Below the pieces are notes generated by a model. The model did not search any database and was not told the origin of the DNA. It saw nothing but the letters and a program-made list of their open reading frames with translations. A DNA stretch of 64,000 nt from the human T2T-CHM13v2.0 reference genome, Homo sapiens, in contig CP068257.2 of NCBI GenBank assembly GCA_009914755.4, forward strand, positions 19,968,001 through 20,032,000. The letters are read 5' to 3'. Below are positions 43,958 through 57,460 of the stretch, piece by piece; the stretch's first letter is position 1; each line of letters begins with the position of its first letter. The translations under genes and the position numbers were made by a program.

Positions 43958-46371
43958 CCAGCTGTATATAATTGGAACTTATATATGCCTTGTTCTTTCT
44001 CAACTTCTTTATCTAATCATTTTTCAGAGTCAACCACCTGAGAAGGTATATATACTTACTACTTTTTTTTAACAATCTGTTTCAGTCTGGATTACATTCT
44101 CATCTCTCTGTAGAATGTAGTGTCACAATTGTTAACTAACATTGGAGATCAGGTCCCAGATTTGATCCTCATTAAAGTCCTTCTTGAAACAGTATTTTCA
44201 CTTTGCTTTTCTGATAGCACATTCTCCTGGTTTTCATCCTGTTTCTTGATCTTCTCTCATCCTGCCTTATCCATCTCTACCTAGACATCAAATATTCATG
44301 TTGCCTGAAGCTTGGAACTTTAGTCTGGTTAAATTTGCCATATTTTCAAAGTAATTTTTCTGTATTAACTTCTTTCTTTCTTTCTCTACTCTTATGACTC
44401 CCAGCACTGACTTATTTTTGAATATCCACACTCATTTGTTCCAATGTTCATTTCACATCTCCACATTTTTTCCAGAGGCACCTTGAATTAAACCTATCCA
44501 AAAGTGAATCCATGAAACTTTATCAACAGTCTTTCAAAGCCAATGTTACCAATGACTTTACAATGATAAAATTCAGAAAAGCTGCAGTTCTCCCAGTGTC
44601 CTCTTCCGTGCTCTATTTAATTCATTACCAAACCCTATTTATTTTACTCATTAAATATCATTAGAATATGTTAATTGTTTTCTGTATGTTTCAGTCTCTC
44701 CTGGTTCATGTTAGTATCACTTCCTGCCTAGACTACTGCAGTGGTTTACTAACTGGTTTCTCTAAACCTACTTTTGCTTCCTTCCTTTAAATTAATTTTC
44801 CACACCTACATATGTAGTTAATATTATAAAATGTGATGTCAAAGATATTGGAAAGTCAATTAAGTATGTAAAGTTTAATGTTGTTATCAGATCTATGCTA
44901 GAAAAATATTTGGTAGCAGTGAAGCATTTGAGTGAAAGAAAGATTCTCGCTTTAGGAGAGTTGAGCTGATCTTAAGAGGCTCATGTAGTAAATGGTAACA
45001 GGAATGAGAAGGAGAGTTATCTAAGTATTAATCTTCTGCATTGTGCTTGGTGGTTAATAGGATATGGTGAAGAGTGAGATGCCAGGCCATGTGGGCAAGT
45101 ACAAAAAGCAGTAGCTGCCCTTTGCTAAAAAATTATTCATGATATTCCTAATTAGATTTAATGCACTGTTCTTTACAGCTCTCTAAGAAAATTATAACAC
45201 TCTCTTTGTCACCTATTAGCCATTATATATTTATGTGGGCACATGGGTATATATGCATGCACACATGAGGGTATATATGTGTATAAACCTATACATCAGG
45301 TTATGACAGTATGAGTGTGACTTCTTCTATTGGTCTTCCTCAGTGATCTACTGCTTTCTAGGAATATATTGCATCTGGAAACGTATTTCACAGATGAATC
45401 AGCCAATAATTTCTGAGCACATCAAATATCATTATCTAGAAATCATTTTCTTTGACTATAAACTTTTATACCTAACAAAAGTTTATTAATTTATTTATGA
45501 TGATAGCTGAAGTTATAGACTATATGTCAGAATTTATGAGTTTAATATTTTCTGGGCTTAAAAATTGCCAAGTAAGTCATCTTTCATGTGTTATATGGCC
45601 TAAATTAGCACTCTGAATAGCCCCATCTGTTAAAAAAAAAGTGTTCAAATATCTAACAATAATGAAAGAAAAGAGAACAGTTGTGACTTAGTAACTCAGT
45701 TAAGCAGAAGACTGAAAATCACATACATTTTGATCATCTGTTATTTTTCTTTTTATATGGTTATCATTTGTAATATTTGAAATTTGTTAAAGTCTATATG
45801 AATACTTTCTAAATATATACCATTCATCAACAAGGTGAGTAATAAATGTAAGCTATTTAATTTACATACCTAATTTACTGGCATTTGTCTTTGGAAAACA
45901 ATTTTGTATAAAAAATTACTTTGAAATGTAACAAGTATTTCATAGGCATTTAATAAAATTTCTTCATTTTAATAATTATTTTGAATATCCTTGAGAGAAA
46001 TTTAAGAAAAAGAATAAATACATTTTTCTTCTTATTTAACTTGTGTAGTTCCACTAGATTTTTTACTCCAAAACTTTTTTCTATGTTGTCCGTATTTAAT
46101 AGAGATATATGTAATCTACAGTAATCATATGGGAAAATATTCATATTTATAAGGATGTATATATTTAGTGTAAAATTATTTAGAAAATAAAATATTTTCT
46201 ACTGTACCAAGGTACAAATGTATTGAGCATAATATTTATGCAGTTTAAGTTTTTCTTAAACATATAAAAAATTATTGTAGCAAAATGGAAGGGTAACCAA
46301 ATTTGACTTTCAGTGTAACCAATTTTATATCACTGTTAAGTAGAACGACATTTGTTCAATTAAAATGGATT

Positions 46372-46880
46372 GAGTCTGGATTCTCTAAGAGAAAGAACCA
46401 ATAGAAATATATATATTTGTGTGTTTTTATATGTGTGTGGAGAGAGAGAGAGAGAATGTTATTATAAGAAATTGGTTCACATGATGATGGAGGCTGAGAA
46501 TTCTCAAGATCTTCAGTTGTTGAGCTGGAGGCCTAAGAGAGCCAGCAATATCATTCCAGTCCAAGTCCAAAGGTCTAAGAATCAGGAGAGCTGATGGTGT
46601 AAGTTCCAGTCTAAGTCTGAATCCAAAGGCAAGAAAAGACTGATGTCTAAGCTCAAAGACAGGCAGAGAGAGAGAATGATCTTATTTTACCCTTTTATTC
46701 TATTCATGCCTTCAAAAGATTGGATAATACTCAACTGTATCGGGGAGGTCCATCTGTTTTAATCAGTCCATACATGAACATGCTCATCTTTGCTGGCAAT
46801 ATCCTCACAGAAGCACTCAGAAATAATGGTTAATAAGTTATACACAGTCAAACTGACACATAACAGTAACCAGCAACTCA
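46372..46880 (+). mobile_element. ERV solo LTR (ERVL-type LTR family; exact name uncertain)
   Basis: tgagtctggattctctaagagaaagaaccaatag...gtgtgtggagagagagagagagaatgttattataagaaattggttcacatgatgatggaggctgagaattctcaagatcttcagttgttgagctggaggcctaagagagccagcaatatcattccagtccaagtccaaaggtctaagaatcaggagagctgatggtgtaagttccagtctaagtctgaatccaaaggcaagaaaagactgatgtctaagctcaaagacaggcagagagagagaatgatcttattttacccttttattctattcatgccttcaaaagattggataatactcaactgtatcggggaggtcc...acagtcaaactgacacataacagtaaccagcaactca. Start (tgagggttctc...) and end (...caagttgacacataaaattaaccatcaca) are typical of a large ERV LTR group. Confidence 0.65.
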
Positions 46881-47967
46881 TGAGCACACTTTTTAAAAAA
46901 TGTCCTTGTCTCAGAAATTGACAAAGATCAAGGCATAAAATAATAATGGTTAAGAGCACACCCCATGATGGCGGACTCCTTGGATTTGAATCTCAACTCC
47001 TCCACTTGTATAATAGGTCAATGATCACAGAAAATTCCATTATCCATTCAAAATGTTAACGTATTTATCTCTAAGAGATCATTATAACTCTGTCACAGAG
47101 CTATATTAAGTCTCAGTGATATAATCATGGAATTTTTAAAAATAGGTAGCCTATTATAAGTGTGAATGAAAATTTTAACCCTTTAAACATTTTGCTGAAT
47201 GATATAATGGAAATAAGTATATTGAGTCAACTGAATTCTACTTTACAATAGGGAAGTGGAAACTTTCAGTTTTATAATTTTTATTTACAGTAGGGTATGG
47301 AGGTTTACTAATCATCAAATTTACCTAGGCAAATCCAAGCCACCAAAATCAACATTTAATCTGACTGCTTAATTTATATAAGTGTGTATAAATTATGGAC
47401 ACAAATACACTTTTAAGCAGACATCTACCATTTTATTGTAAGTTTTGATAGTTTCATTGAGTTTAATACTTAGCACAACATGGATATTGACATTTTAAGA
47501 TGAAGGTCTTACATCACATCTGTAAATATTTCCAATGGAATCAAAACACAATAATTATGTAATATCCAGAATTATCTGCTTTCAAAAAAAAATTAACAGT
47601 GTTTGGTTTAACAGTCAGAAATTTTATCTTTTTCTCCTCAAACCAATTTCACTCAACTATCACTATTTAATAATCATTATAATGCATATATATTTAAAAA
47701 TAAATATTTTCTTGATATAATTTATTATTTGTGACCATAAGCATCTGTAAATAAAAAAAATCAAGAGTAAGTTATTCTTCTAGTAATTATTAGTCCCTGT
47801 TATAAATGATGTAAACTTATCATGTTTTCATAAACAACTTTAACAAATTAAAGTGATTTTTGAAAACACAGCTCTCTATGAGAACGTAATTTATATTAAT
47901 GATTAATTTATTATTACAATGGGACAGAGTTTACCATACATTCTATTCTTACTATTTTTTAGGTCAT

Positions 47968-50215
47968 TGACATGGTCTGGCTGTGCACTCACTCAAATCT
48001 AATCTTGAATTGTAACTCCCACAATTCTCATGTGTCATGGGAGGAACCCAGTAGGAGGTGGTTGAATTATGGGGCAGGTCTTTCCTGCACTGTTCTCATG
48101 ATAATGAATGAGTCTCACGAGATCCGATGGTTTTAAAAATGGGAATTTCCCTATACAAGCTCTCTTCTCTTGTCTGCCACCATGTCAGATGGACCTTTCA
48201 CCTTCTGTCATAATTGTGATGTCTCCCTAGCCATGTGGAACTGTAAGTCCAGTAAACCTCTTTATTTTTAAATTGCACAGTTTCAAGTGTGTCTTTATCA
48301 GTGGCATGAAAATGGACTAATACAGTAAATTGGTACCAGTAGGGTGGGGCACTGATGAAACGATACCTGAAATTGTGGAAGCCACTTTGGAACTGGGTAA
48401 CAAGCAGAGGTTGGAACAGTTTGGAGGGCTCAGAAGAAGACAGGAAAATGTTGGAAAGTTTGGAACCTCCTAGAGACTGGTTGAATGCCTTTGACCAATA
48501 TGCTAATAGAAATATGGGCAATAAAGTCTAGGCTGAGGTGGTCACAGATAAAAATGAGGAACTTTTTAGGAACTGGAGCAAAGGTGACTCTTGTTATGTT
48601 GTAGCAAATAGACTGGCAGCATTTTGCCTCTGCCCTAGAGATTTGTGGAACTTTGAACTTGAGAGAGATGATTTAGGGTTTCTGGTGGAATAAATTTCCA
48701 AGCAGTAAAGCACTCAAGAGGTGACTTGGGTGCTGTTGAAGCTATTCAGTTTTAAAAGGGAAGCACAGCATAAAAGTTTAGAAAATATGCAGCCAGACAA
48801 TGCGTTAGAAAAGAAAATCCCATTTCCTAAGGAGAAATTCAAGCCAGCTGCAGAAATTTGCCTAAGTAACTAGGAGCCAAATGTTAATCCCAAAGACAAC
48901 AGGGAAAATGTCTCCAAAGCATTTCAAAGCTCTTCACAAGCCCCTCCCATCACAGGCCTGGAGGTCTAGGAGGAAAAAGTGGTTATGTGGGTCGGGCCCA
49001 GGGTCCCAGTGCTATGCGCAGGACTTGGTGCCCTACATCCCAGCTACTCCAGCCATGGCTGAAAGGGGTACACCTAGAGCTTGGGCTATGGTTTCAGAGG
49101 ATTCAAGCCCCAAGCCTTGGCAGCTTCTATATGGTGTTGACCCTGCTGGTACACAGAAGTGACGAATTGGGGTTTGGGAACCTCCGCCTACATTTCAGAG
49201 GATGTATGGAAACGAGTGGATGCCCAGGCAGAAGTTTGCTTCAGGGGCAGGGCTCTCATATAGAACCTCTGCTAGGGCAGCATGGAAGGGAAATGTGGGT
49301 TTGGAGTCCCCACAGAGAGTCCCTACTGGGGCACTACCTAGTGGAGCTGTGAGAAGAGGGACATCATTCTACAGAACCCAGAATTGTAGATTCACTGACA
49401 GCTTGCACTGTGAGCCTGGAAAAGCCACAGACACTCAACACAAGCCCATGGAAACAGCCAGGAGCGAGGCTGCCTAAGACCACAGGAAGCAATCTTTTGC
49501 ATCAGCATGACCGAGATGTAAGACATTGAGTCAAAATATCATTTTGGAGCTTCAAGATTTGACTGCTCTGCTGGATTTCAGACTTACATGGGGTTGTAGC
49601 CCCTTTGTTTTGGCCAATTTCTCCCATTTGGAATGGCTGTATTTACCCAGTGCCTGTACCCACATTGTATCTAGGATGTAACTAACTTGCTTTTGATTTT
49701 ACATGCTTATAGGCAGAAGGGACTTGACTTGTCTCAGAAGAGACCTTGTACTGTAGACTTTTGAGTTAATGCTGAAATGAGTTAAGACTATGGAGGACTA
49801 TTGGGAAGGCATGATTGGTTTTTGAAATATGAGGACATGAGATTTAGAAGAGGCCAGTGGTGGAATAATATGGTTTGGCTGTGCCCCCAAGCAAATCTCA
49901 TCTTGAATTGTACTTCCCACATGTCATGGGAGGAACCTGGTGAGAGGTGATTGAATTATGGGGGCGGGTCTTTCCTGCACTGTTCTCTTGATAGTGAATG
50001 AGTCTCGCCAGATCTGATGGCTTTAAAAATCAGAGTTTCCCTACACAAGTTCTCTTCTCTTGTCTACCACCATGTGAGATGTGCCTTTCAACTTCCGCCA
50101 TGTTTGTGAGGTTTCCTCAGCCACATAGAACTGTAAGTCTGATAAACTTCTTTCTTTTGTAAATTGTCCAGTCTCGGGCATGTCTGTAACAGCAATATGA
50201 AAATGAACTAATACA
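47968..50215 (+). mobile_element. Second complete ERVL-MaLR element (THE1-like): 5' LTR 47968-48324, internal 48325-49865, 3' LTR 49866-50215, with the TSD GTCAT/CTCAT
   Basis: LTRs: tgacatggtctggctgtgcactcactcaaatctaatcttgaattgtaactcccacaattctcatgtgtcatgggaggaacccagtaggaggtggttgaattatggggcaggtctttcctgcactgttctcatgataatgaatgagtctcacgagatccgatggtttt...ccatgtggaactgtaagtccagtaaacctcttt...ggactaataca, and a near-identical 3' copy (aatatggtttggctgtgccccc...gaactaataca). The interior is co-linear with the other MaLR interiors and carries the decayed ORFs 48881-49162 and 48987-49352. The flanks are gtcat (47963-47967) and ctcat (50216-50220). Confidence 0.85.
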
Positions 50216-50656
50216 CTCATCTTTATAGATGTAGGTATTGAAATAACTTGTCCACATAAACAAATAGATGAGGATAAGTGTGCTATTCTAGCAATGACAT
50301 TGAATTCTTTCAACTCTTTTCAGGTGTTTGTAAATGTCTCATTCTAATTCTTCAGCAAATATTATTTTTAAGTGGCCTATCAACAAACAATCCAAGTAGG
50401 TAAATTCTTTAGTTTTGTTGAAAACTGATAGTTGGAATCATTTGATTTTCAAATGTATTTATTTTTTATCCTGTCATTAAAATTCTTTATTTTTTCAAAA
50501 TCATTATAAAAACATTTTGATTGGTCTCAGTAGTGATGCCTAGGATCTTTGTAATTTTCTGGGGCAATCACCCTGCTAGTTTAGTGCTGGGCAACAGATA
50601 TTTTACTTTGAAAAATTGGGAGAGGTTTATTATAACATGGCAGAAAATTAGAACTT

Positions 50657-50990
<334 letters not shown>

Positions 50991-53851
50991 TTAGGAAATA
51001 TTTAACATAAAAGATGAAATTATTTAAATTAGAAATTAATTCCCTTAAATTATCTGTGCTCACACCCTTGAATGCCTCCAGGTACTTCACTGAGCACCCA
51101 AAATCGAAGTAGTAGACTAATGATCTAACCACCAACAATACATTGGCTGGGCAAACAACTTCACAAAGCTTTTGTTGGCTGAGCATTTCAGATTTCTATT
51201 TCTAGGGTCTTTCCTAAATAAAAATTCTAGGGACTGACTAAGGAAACTAAAGAATAAAAAGTCTTTAAAAACAGGTGATATATAATATTTTGTAAATCTA
51301 TTCTAAAATTCATTAGGGTTGTTCTTTACCAAGGCTGGATATTCTCTTGGGACATAGTCTCTTTTGTGTACAGAACAGTTTCTTATTTTAATTTCCTCCA
51401 TAATTTAAATCTTGATGAATTTATTTCATTAGCACATTAAATCTGCATAGCACTTACATTGCCCATCTCTCTTAACACAAACTAAAGTAAAAAATATCCT
51501 CTGTTGTTTGAGATTTCATTTGGGTAGATTGGGTTCTGACTGATTGCCTGCTCTTCATTACCTCATCACAAGTTGCATTGATTAAGATTAAAGCAGCTAC
51601 GCTTACATCTTTTCAACATCTTATTTAAAACTTATTTCAAACTTTTGTTCATTTTAGAAATTGTGTATTATATATACTGGGAAATCGTTTCCAAAAATTA
51701 TTTCCACCTACAATGTATTCACAAGCTCTTAATTTTCACCTTGCCTAGTCTAATGCCTTTCAATCTAAAGCAATTTGTAAATAACTTGATCTTTACCTTC
51801 AAATGATAGTTGCAGGAGCTGATAAAAGCAAAGATCAATGGGCCATCTCCTAAAGAAAGGGGTAGTTTTCCTGTCCCAAGATCTTCCCTGCCCCCAGAGC
51901 CAGATTAGATCTCTATTCAAATGGGTGGCCATCAAAAGTGATAAGTAGTAAACAAAATACCACAGGTCCAAGACCTCTCATACAAATAAAACTCATAGTC
52001 CCTTGTTGATTTGAGGAACCAGGTTATGATGTTTTGCATACACATTGTGTTTTAAATATCTCAAGTGTATAGATCTAAGGAGGTTTGTATTATTATTATT
52101 GTAATTGAAAAAGAAAAACTTAAAGCAACCATATTATACTTATCTTAAATTCATGGCATATGTGTCATAAAATTCAAATAATCTTATCACATTATAAAGA
52201 AAACACCCATATTGGTGATAATTTGAACAACTGAATTTTCCATTTTTCTGTGAATTGTTGAATAATTAGTAATAAGCAGGTTTTACCCACAACTTAGTAT
52301 GTACTGAGCACTGGGTAAGATTCTTACCTACATTATAACATTAATAAGTGTAAGTCCATGAGGCATGCATTTTAAACAGATAAATCTGGGATTGACAACA
52401 CTGACCCACATGGCTCTAAGATCTGTTCAAAACACCTACCTCTCTGAAAATAATAAATCATTTATTCTCTTTAGACTGATTAATATTCTTAAGAAAGATA
52501 ACTAGAAAGAGGGACAAGTAAAATGGCAGAAGTAATTAAAATGAACATGACCATGTTTTTGTTGCCATAGTTTTTGATGGAAATAATAGTTTTTTCCTCA
52601 GTTGCCAACTTGGTTTCCAAGTTTCAGAGGTCATAAGACGTCTGGGGAACACATTTTTTCATTACAAATTCAATGTGATGTGATTCAATATGATGTTACA
52701 TTTGTGAAAGTTTAAATCAGCCCTTAAGAGAAGAAAAACAAAAATGAATTATCTTCAAAAAGTCATAACAGAGAGTGAATGATTGTATTTATTATTTGAA
52801 AACACCACTCACCTACCACCAAATATTTACTGATTTGAAGCAGGGCTTTTTGATATTTTTCTTGAAGATTCATCCTTTTGGTTGGGTAAGGGATTGGGGA
52901 AGTTTCTCTTATATTCAAGAAGGCATAATCTTACCTGGGTGGGTTGAAGTTGATGGTTCAGTAGAATTATGATAGCTTCAACATTGGATTTCTATATGCA
53001 TATGAGAGGAGCTCTAATCATAGGAAAGAGGTTCTTTTTACAAGATTTAACATAATGCCTTAGCTTGTTTTCCTTTACTATAACAGAATACCACAGACTG
53101 GGTAATTTATAAAGAAAGGAAATTTATTTTTTACAGTTCTGGGGGAGACTGAGAAGTCCAGGAACATGGGACCAGCATCTGGTGAGAGAAAGGTGCAAGT
53201 TATCACATGAAAAGAGGGCAAAGGCATGAGTGTGAAAGTGGCAAAATATGAAGAATGTCGTTGCTTTATAATAACCTACTCTCGCAGTAACTAATTCAGT
53301 ACTGTGACAGCAGCATTAATCCCTCTTAATTACCTAATCATCTCTTAAAGATACTGCCTCCCAAATCACCACATGAGGAACCAAATTTCCAACACATAAA
53401 TTCTGGGGGACACACACAAATCACAGCATATAGTTACTGTGTTTGTCATGAAAAGACTAACAGATACAGACACTGCAGAAATTCATTAACTCTGAATATA
53501 CAACCAGAAAAGCATATGACAGAAGCCATTCCTCATCAAAAGCACCTATCCTCATTTAGTTCTTCAATTAGGACAGTCAGTCAGACAATCAGTATTTGAT
53601 GAGTATCATGTATGGCAAAATATAAGCAAAGCCTCTCTCCTCTTAAATATATAAATTAAAGAAGAGACTTTATGAAAACCATCTTTTTACACACAGCTAT
53701 TATATTGTTCTTCAAAATCATTAAAATGAAACTCTCTGTGTAATAATATTGTATATAAATAATGAGATAAGAGTTTCTAGTAAAAGATACCTAGCCTTTC
53801 CTTCCCAAAGCACCTTGCTCTGTTTGTTATCTCATTCCAGAGATGAGAATA

Positions 53852-53890
53852 AAATGTTAACAGCTGATAATAAAATGTTAACAGCTGCTT
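53852..53890. repeat. Local ~19-bp tandem duplication
   Basis: ataaaatgttaacagctg ataataaaatgttaacagctg. Confidence 0.8.
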
Positions 53891-55250
53891 CATTGTGAGT
53901 TTCTTATGTCAAAGATCAGGTTATATGCAAATTTATTTCAGGGACACAAACACGGTAGAGACTGCCAAGGTCTAGGATAACATTGTATTTATGTGTTAAT
54001 TCAAGACCACATACACAGCAGGACTCTGTAATTGATTTCTGAATAAATCATTATCCCATTAGTTTTATTGGTAACTGAAAATTGTCATTTATCAAATGAA
54101 GATTTAGTAGAAAAGAAAAATAAATTATACTGAAAAGTTACCCCATTGTCCAAGATATATTTAAGCTATATTTTAACTCCACCTTTAACAGGTGGGTTCA
54201 AAGATGCTTAAGTAGTTTTATAAAAAGCTAGTATTGATGCATCCGGTAGTCACATTCATGTTTAACTTCAGAACTTATTCTCCTCCATGGTACTATAACT
54301 TAATGTCTTTTTAATGCATGTCTGATAGAGAAATATATGAAATTAGTAATATTATTATGCAAATATTCTCCCTAAATACTGATTTAAAAAACATATAACC
54401 ACTGAAATTTGCTTCTAAATGATTCCTGTGCTCAGTGGTTTTACTATGCAGGCATCATACAAAATCTAAATTCATCCATCTCACCTTCCAAGTTTTTGTT
54501 AAAGAACCACGAATATGTCAAGATATTATTGAAAAGGAAAGAAGTTATTTTAATTCAGAATGCTACATTAATGCAGCGTGCCATTATGCCCCCTACAAGC
54601 CTTTTTTGTACATCATATATCTTTTCTGAACTTTGAATATCCTTTGAAGTTAAAAGGTGTTTCATGGACAGATGAGATGGATGGCTCTGTGGAAAAGTTA
54701 AAAATTGGGGTGATTATTAATTTTGTCTCAAATTCTCACACGATATTTCTAGGAGAAATCTGATCCAATAACATAGTTCTCATAAAGTGGAAGTTCAATC
54801 AGAGCAAGAAATTGATCATGTACATGTTCAATCACTAAACTTAAATCTTGACAGAAAAATAATTTAGATTTCACATTTTAAAAATGGTATGGCATACCAA
54901 GTATAATTCTAAGCTTATTCCAGCAGCCTTGAATGCAATAATTTAATAGCAGATTTACCTAGTAATTGGAACTAAAAATAGTTAACATGCTGTGTTTTCA
55001 TTTTACTTACACAGGGCAAATTATTTACATCACTTGTCTTCAATTATGTAGGCTGACTTCTTAGGGCAGAGTGGCTTTTCAGAAGCTGCCTCTGGGAATA
55101 AAATAAACCAAAAGATATTTTTTTTTTGGAAACTCTCTGTTGTAGAACCATACGGCCCATTTCAAAATATAAACTATCACAGTAACAAATATTTGGTGTT
55201 ATTAAGAAAAACAATAATTTTTGTGATATCAACACCCTTAAGAACTATAA

Positions 55251-55660
55251 ACTATTGTGAGTAGTGCCGCAATAAACATATGTGTGCATGTGTCTTTATA
55301 GCAGCATGATTTATATTCCTTTGGGTATACACCCAGTAATGGGATGGCTGGGTCAAATGGTATTTCTAGTTCTAGATCCCTGAAGAATCACCACACTGTC
55401 TTCCACAATGGTTGAACTAGTTTACAGTCCCACCAACAGTGTAAAAGTGTTCCTATTTCTCCACATCCTCTCCAGCACCTGTTGTTTCCTGACTTTTTGA
55501 TGATCGCCATTCTAACTTGTGTGAGATGATGTCTCATTGTGTTTTTGATTTGCATTTCTCTGATGGCCAATGATGATGAGCATTTTTTCTTGTGTCTGTT
55601 GGCTGCATAAATGTCTTCTTTTGAGAAGTGTCTGTTCATATCCTTCGCTCACTTTTTGAC
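55251..55660 (-). mobile_element. L1PA fragment (ORF2 C-terminal region), antisense. This is the inverted 5' arm of a twin-primed L1 insertion.
   Basis: Antisense L1PA: actattgtgagtagtgccgcaataaacatatgtgtgcatgtgtctttatagcagcatgatttatattcctttgggtatacacccagtaatgggatggctgggtcaaatggtatttctagttctagatccctgaagaatcaccacactgtcttccacaatggttgaactagtttacagtcccaccaacagtgtaaaagtgttcctatttctccacatcctctccagcacctgttgtttcctgactttttgatgatcgccattctaacttgtgtgagatg...gcattttttcttgtgtctgttggctgcataaatgtcttcttttgagaagtgtctgttcatatcc. The minus-strand ORF at 55388-55639 translates to the L1 ORF2 C-terminus ([32 protein letters not shown]...[27 protein letters not shown]). Confidence 0.9.
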
Positions 55661-56100
55661 GGTGCTTACAATAGCAAAGACTTGGAGCCAACCCAAATGT
55701 CCATCAATGATAGACTGGATTAAGAAAATGTGGCACATATACACCGTGGAATACTATGCAGCCATAAAAATGATGAGTTCATGTCCTTGTAGGGACATGG
55801 ATGAAGCTGGAAACCACCATTCTCAGCAAACTATCACAAGGACGAAAAACCAAACACTGCATGTTCTCACTCATAGGTGGGAATTGAACAATGAGAACAC
55901 TTGGACACAGGAAGGGGAACATCACACGCCAGGGCATGTTGTGGGGTGGGGGAGGGGGGAGGGATAGCATTAGCATTAGGAGATATACCTAATGTAAATG
56001 ACGAGTTAATGGGTGCAACACACCAACATGACACATGTATACATATGTAACAAACCTGCATGTTGTGCACATATACCCTAGAACTTAAAGTTTAATATAA
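55661..56100 (+). mobile_element. L1PA 3' end (end of ORF2 plus 3' UTR plus short A-rich tail), sense. This is the direct arm of the same twin-primed insertion.
   Basis: acaatagcaaagacttggagccaacccaaatgtccatcaatgatagactggattaagaaaatgtggcacatatacaccgtggaatactatgcagccataaaaatgatgagttcatgtcc...cactcataggtgggaattgaacaatgagaacacttggacacaggaaggggaacatcacacgccagggcatgttgtggggtgggggaggggggagggatagcattagcattaggagatatacctaatgtaaatgacgagttaatgggtgcaacacaccaacatgacacatgtatacatatgtaacaaacctgcatgttgtgcacatataccctagaacttaaagtttaatataaa is the near-consensus L1PA 3' terminus. The TSD agaactataa (55241-55250) / agaactatta (56101-56110) flanks the whole composite. Confidence 0.9.
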
Positions 56101-57017
56101 AGAACTATTAACTGTGTCTTTTATATTCCATTGTCATCTGGAACTTGTAGGAATCTGAAGATTAAACATATTTTACATAGCTGTAAAGCAGACAGAATCC
56201 TTCAGGGCTGTTGTTGAACTCTTGAAATCAGAAGCTGAATTTTGAGTGGTGTGAAGAAATTAAACATAACCTGAAACAGGAGAAAACAATGGTATAAAGA
56301 TAAACTGTCCTTTCTGTTGCACCAATTTTTCTATGGGTCTTTCAAAAATAAGGAAAGTTATAGAGAAGAACATAGTTGCTACAAAATTACAGATCATACG
56401 AGCCAGAAAGAAATTCTGTGACTTTTCACTTGCATAAACCAATTTAATTTTATTTTTCCAGAATGTTAAAATTCGAAGTACTTAAATCTTTACATAAATT
56501 AGATCAACAATAATGTGATTATTTCATTGAAAAAATATAAATACAAATGAATTATTGAGCATTTATTAATTCTCTGAGAAAGTTAGGAGTCTTTTTGGTG
56601 ATAACATTTAAGTATGGGGTTTTCTTTGGTTTTTACATATTGATACAATTACTATTTTTGTCCAGTTGATGAAGTAGCTGATGTAAGCACAGTTGGATTG
56701 AAAAAAGAGATGGGATTGAGCAAAGATGCTGGAACACTCAGATAAGTTTTTTTTTTTTTTTTTTTGGTCAAGATAATAATAAAAATAAAATTAGATTATA
56801 TATAATTTGTGAAATTATAATCTTTTTTAGACAGTTAAAAATGGGCACAAAACTTCTGCCCTCCACACTGCATACTTGCTTTCAGTTTCCAATGATGCTG
56901 AAATTTAAATCTCACTAATACTTTTTCTTACCAATTTTTACAATAATAAAATGTTTTATACAAAGAATCTTAATAAATTCTTAAATAATTCCATCAATTT
57001 TCTAAGAAATTTATGTA

Positions 57018-57460
57018 TTAGGGTTCTCTAGAGGGACAGAACTAATAGGTTGATGTATATATAAAGTGGAGTTTATTAAGGAGTATTTACTCACACAATC
57101 ACAAGGTGAGCTCCCACAATAGGCTGTCTGCAATCTTCAGAGCAAAGAAGCCAGTCCGAGTCACGAAGTTGAAGAACCTGGAGTCTGATGATCGAGGGCA
57201 GGAAGCACGCAGCATGGAAGAAAGATACAGGCCAGAAGACTAAACCAGTCTACTATTGCCACATTCTTCTGCCTGCTTTTATTCTGGCCATGCTGGCAAC
57301 TGATTAGATGATGCCCACCCAGATTGAGAGTGGGTCTGCCTTTCCCAGTCCACTGACTCAGATGTTAATCTCCTTTGGCAACACCCTCACAGACACACCC
57401 AGAAACAATACTTTGCACCCTTCAATCCCATCAAGTTGACACCAAATATTAACCATCACA
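57018..57460 (+). mobile_element. ERV solo LTR (same broad ERVL-type LTR group as 46372-46880)
   Basis: ttagggttctctagagggacagaactaataggttgatgtatatataaagtggagtttattaaggagtatttactcacacaatcacaaggtgagctcccacaataggctgtctgcaatcttcagagcaaagaagccagtccgagtcacgaagttgaagaacctggagtctgatgatcgagggcaggaagcacgcagcatggaagaaagatacaggccagaagactaaaccagtctactattgccacattcttctgcctgcttttattctggccatgctggcaactgattagatgatgcccacccagattgagagtgggtctgcctttcccagtccactgactcagatgttaatctcctttggcaacaccctcacagacacacccagaaacaatactttgcacccttcaatcccatcaagttgacaccaaatattaaccatcaca. Confidence 0.75.

Noticed and set aside
56746-56768. 21-nt poly-T run, a possible A-tail of a minus-strand retroposed element or processed pseudogene
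   Set aside because: The adjacent sequence (ggtcaagataataataaaaataaaattagattatat...) does not match Alu, L1 or any gene I recognise, and there is no obvious TSD. I treat it as a homopolymer of unknown origin.
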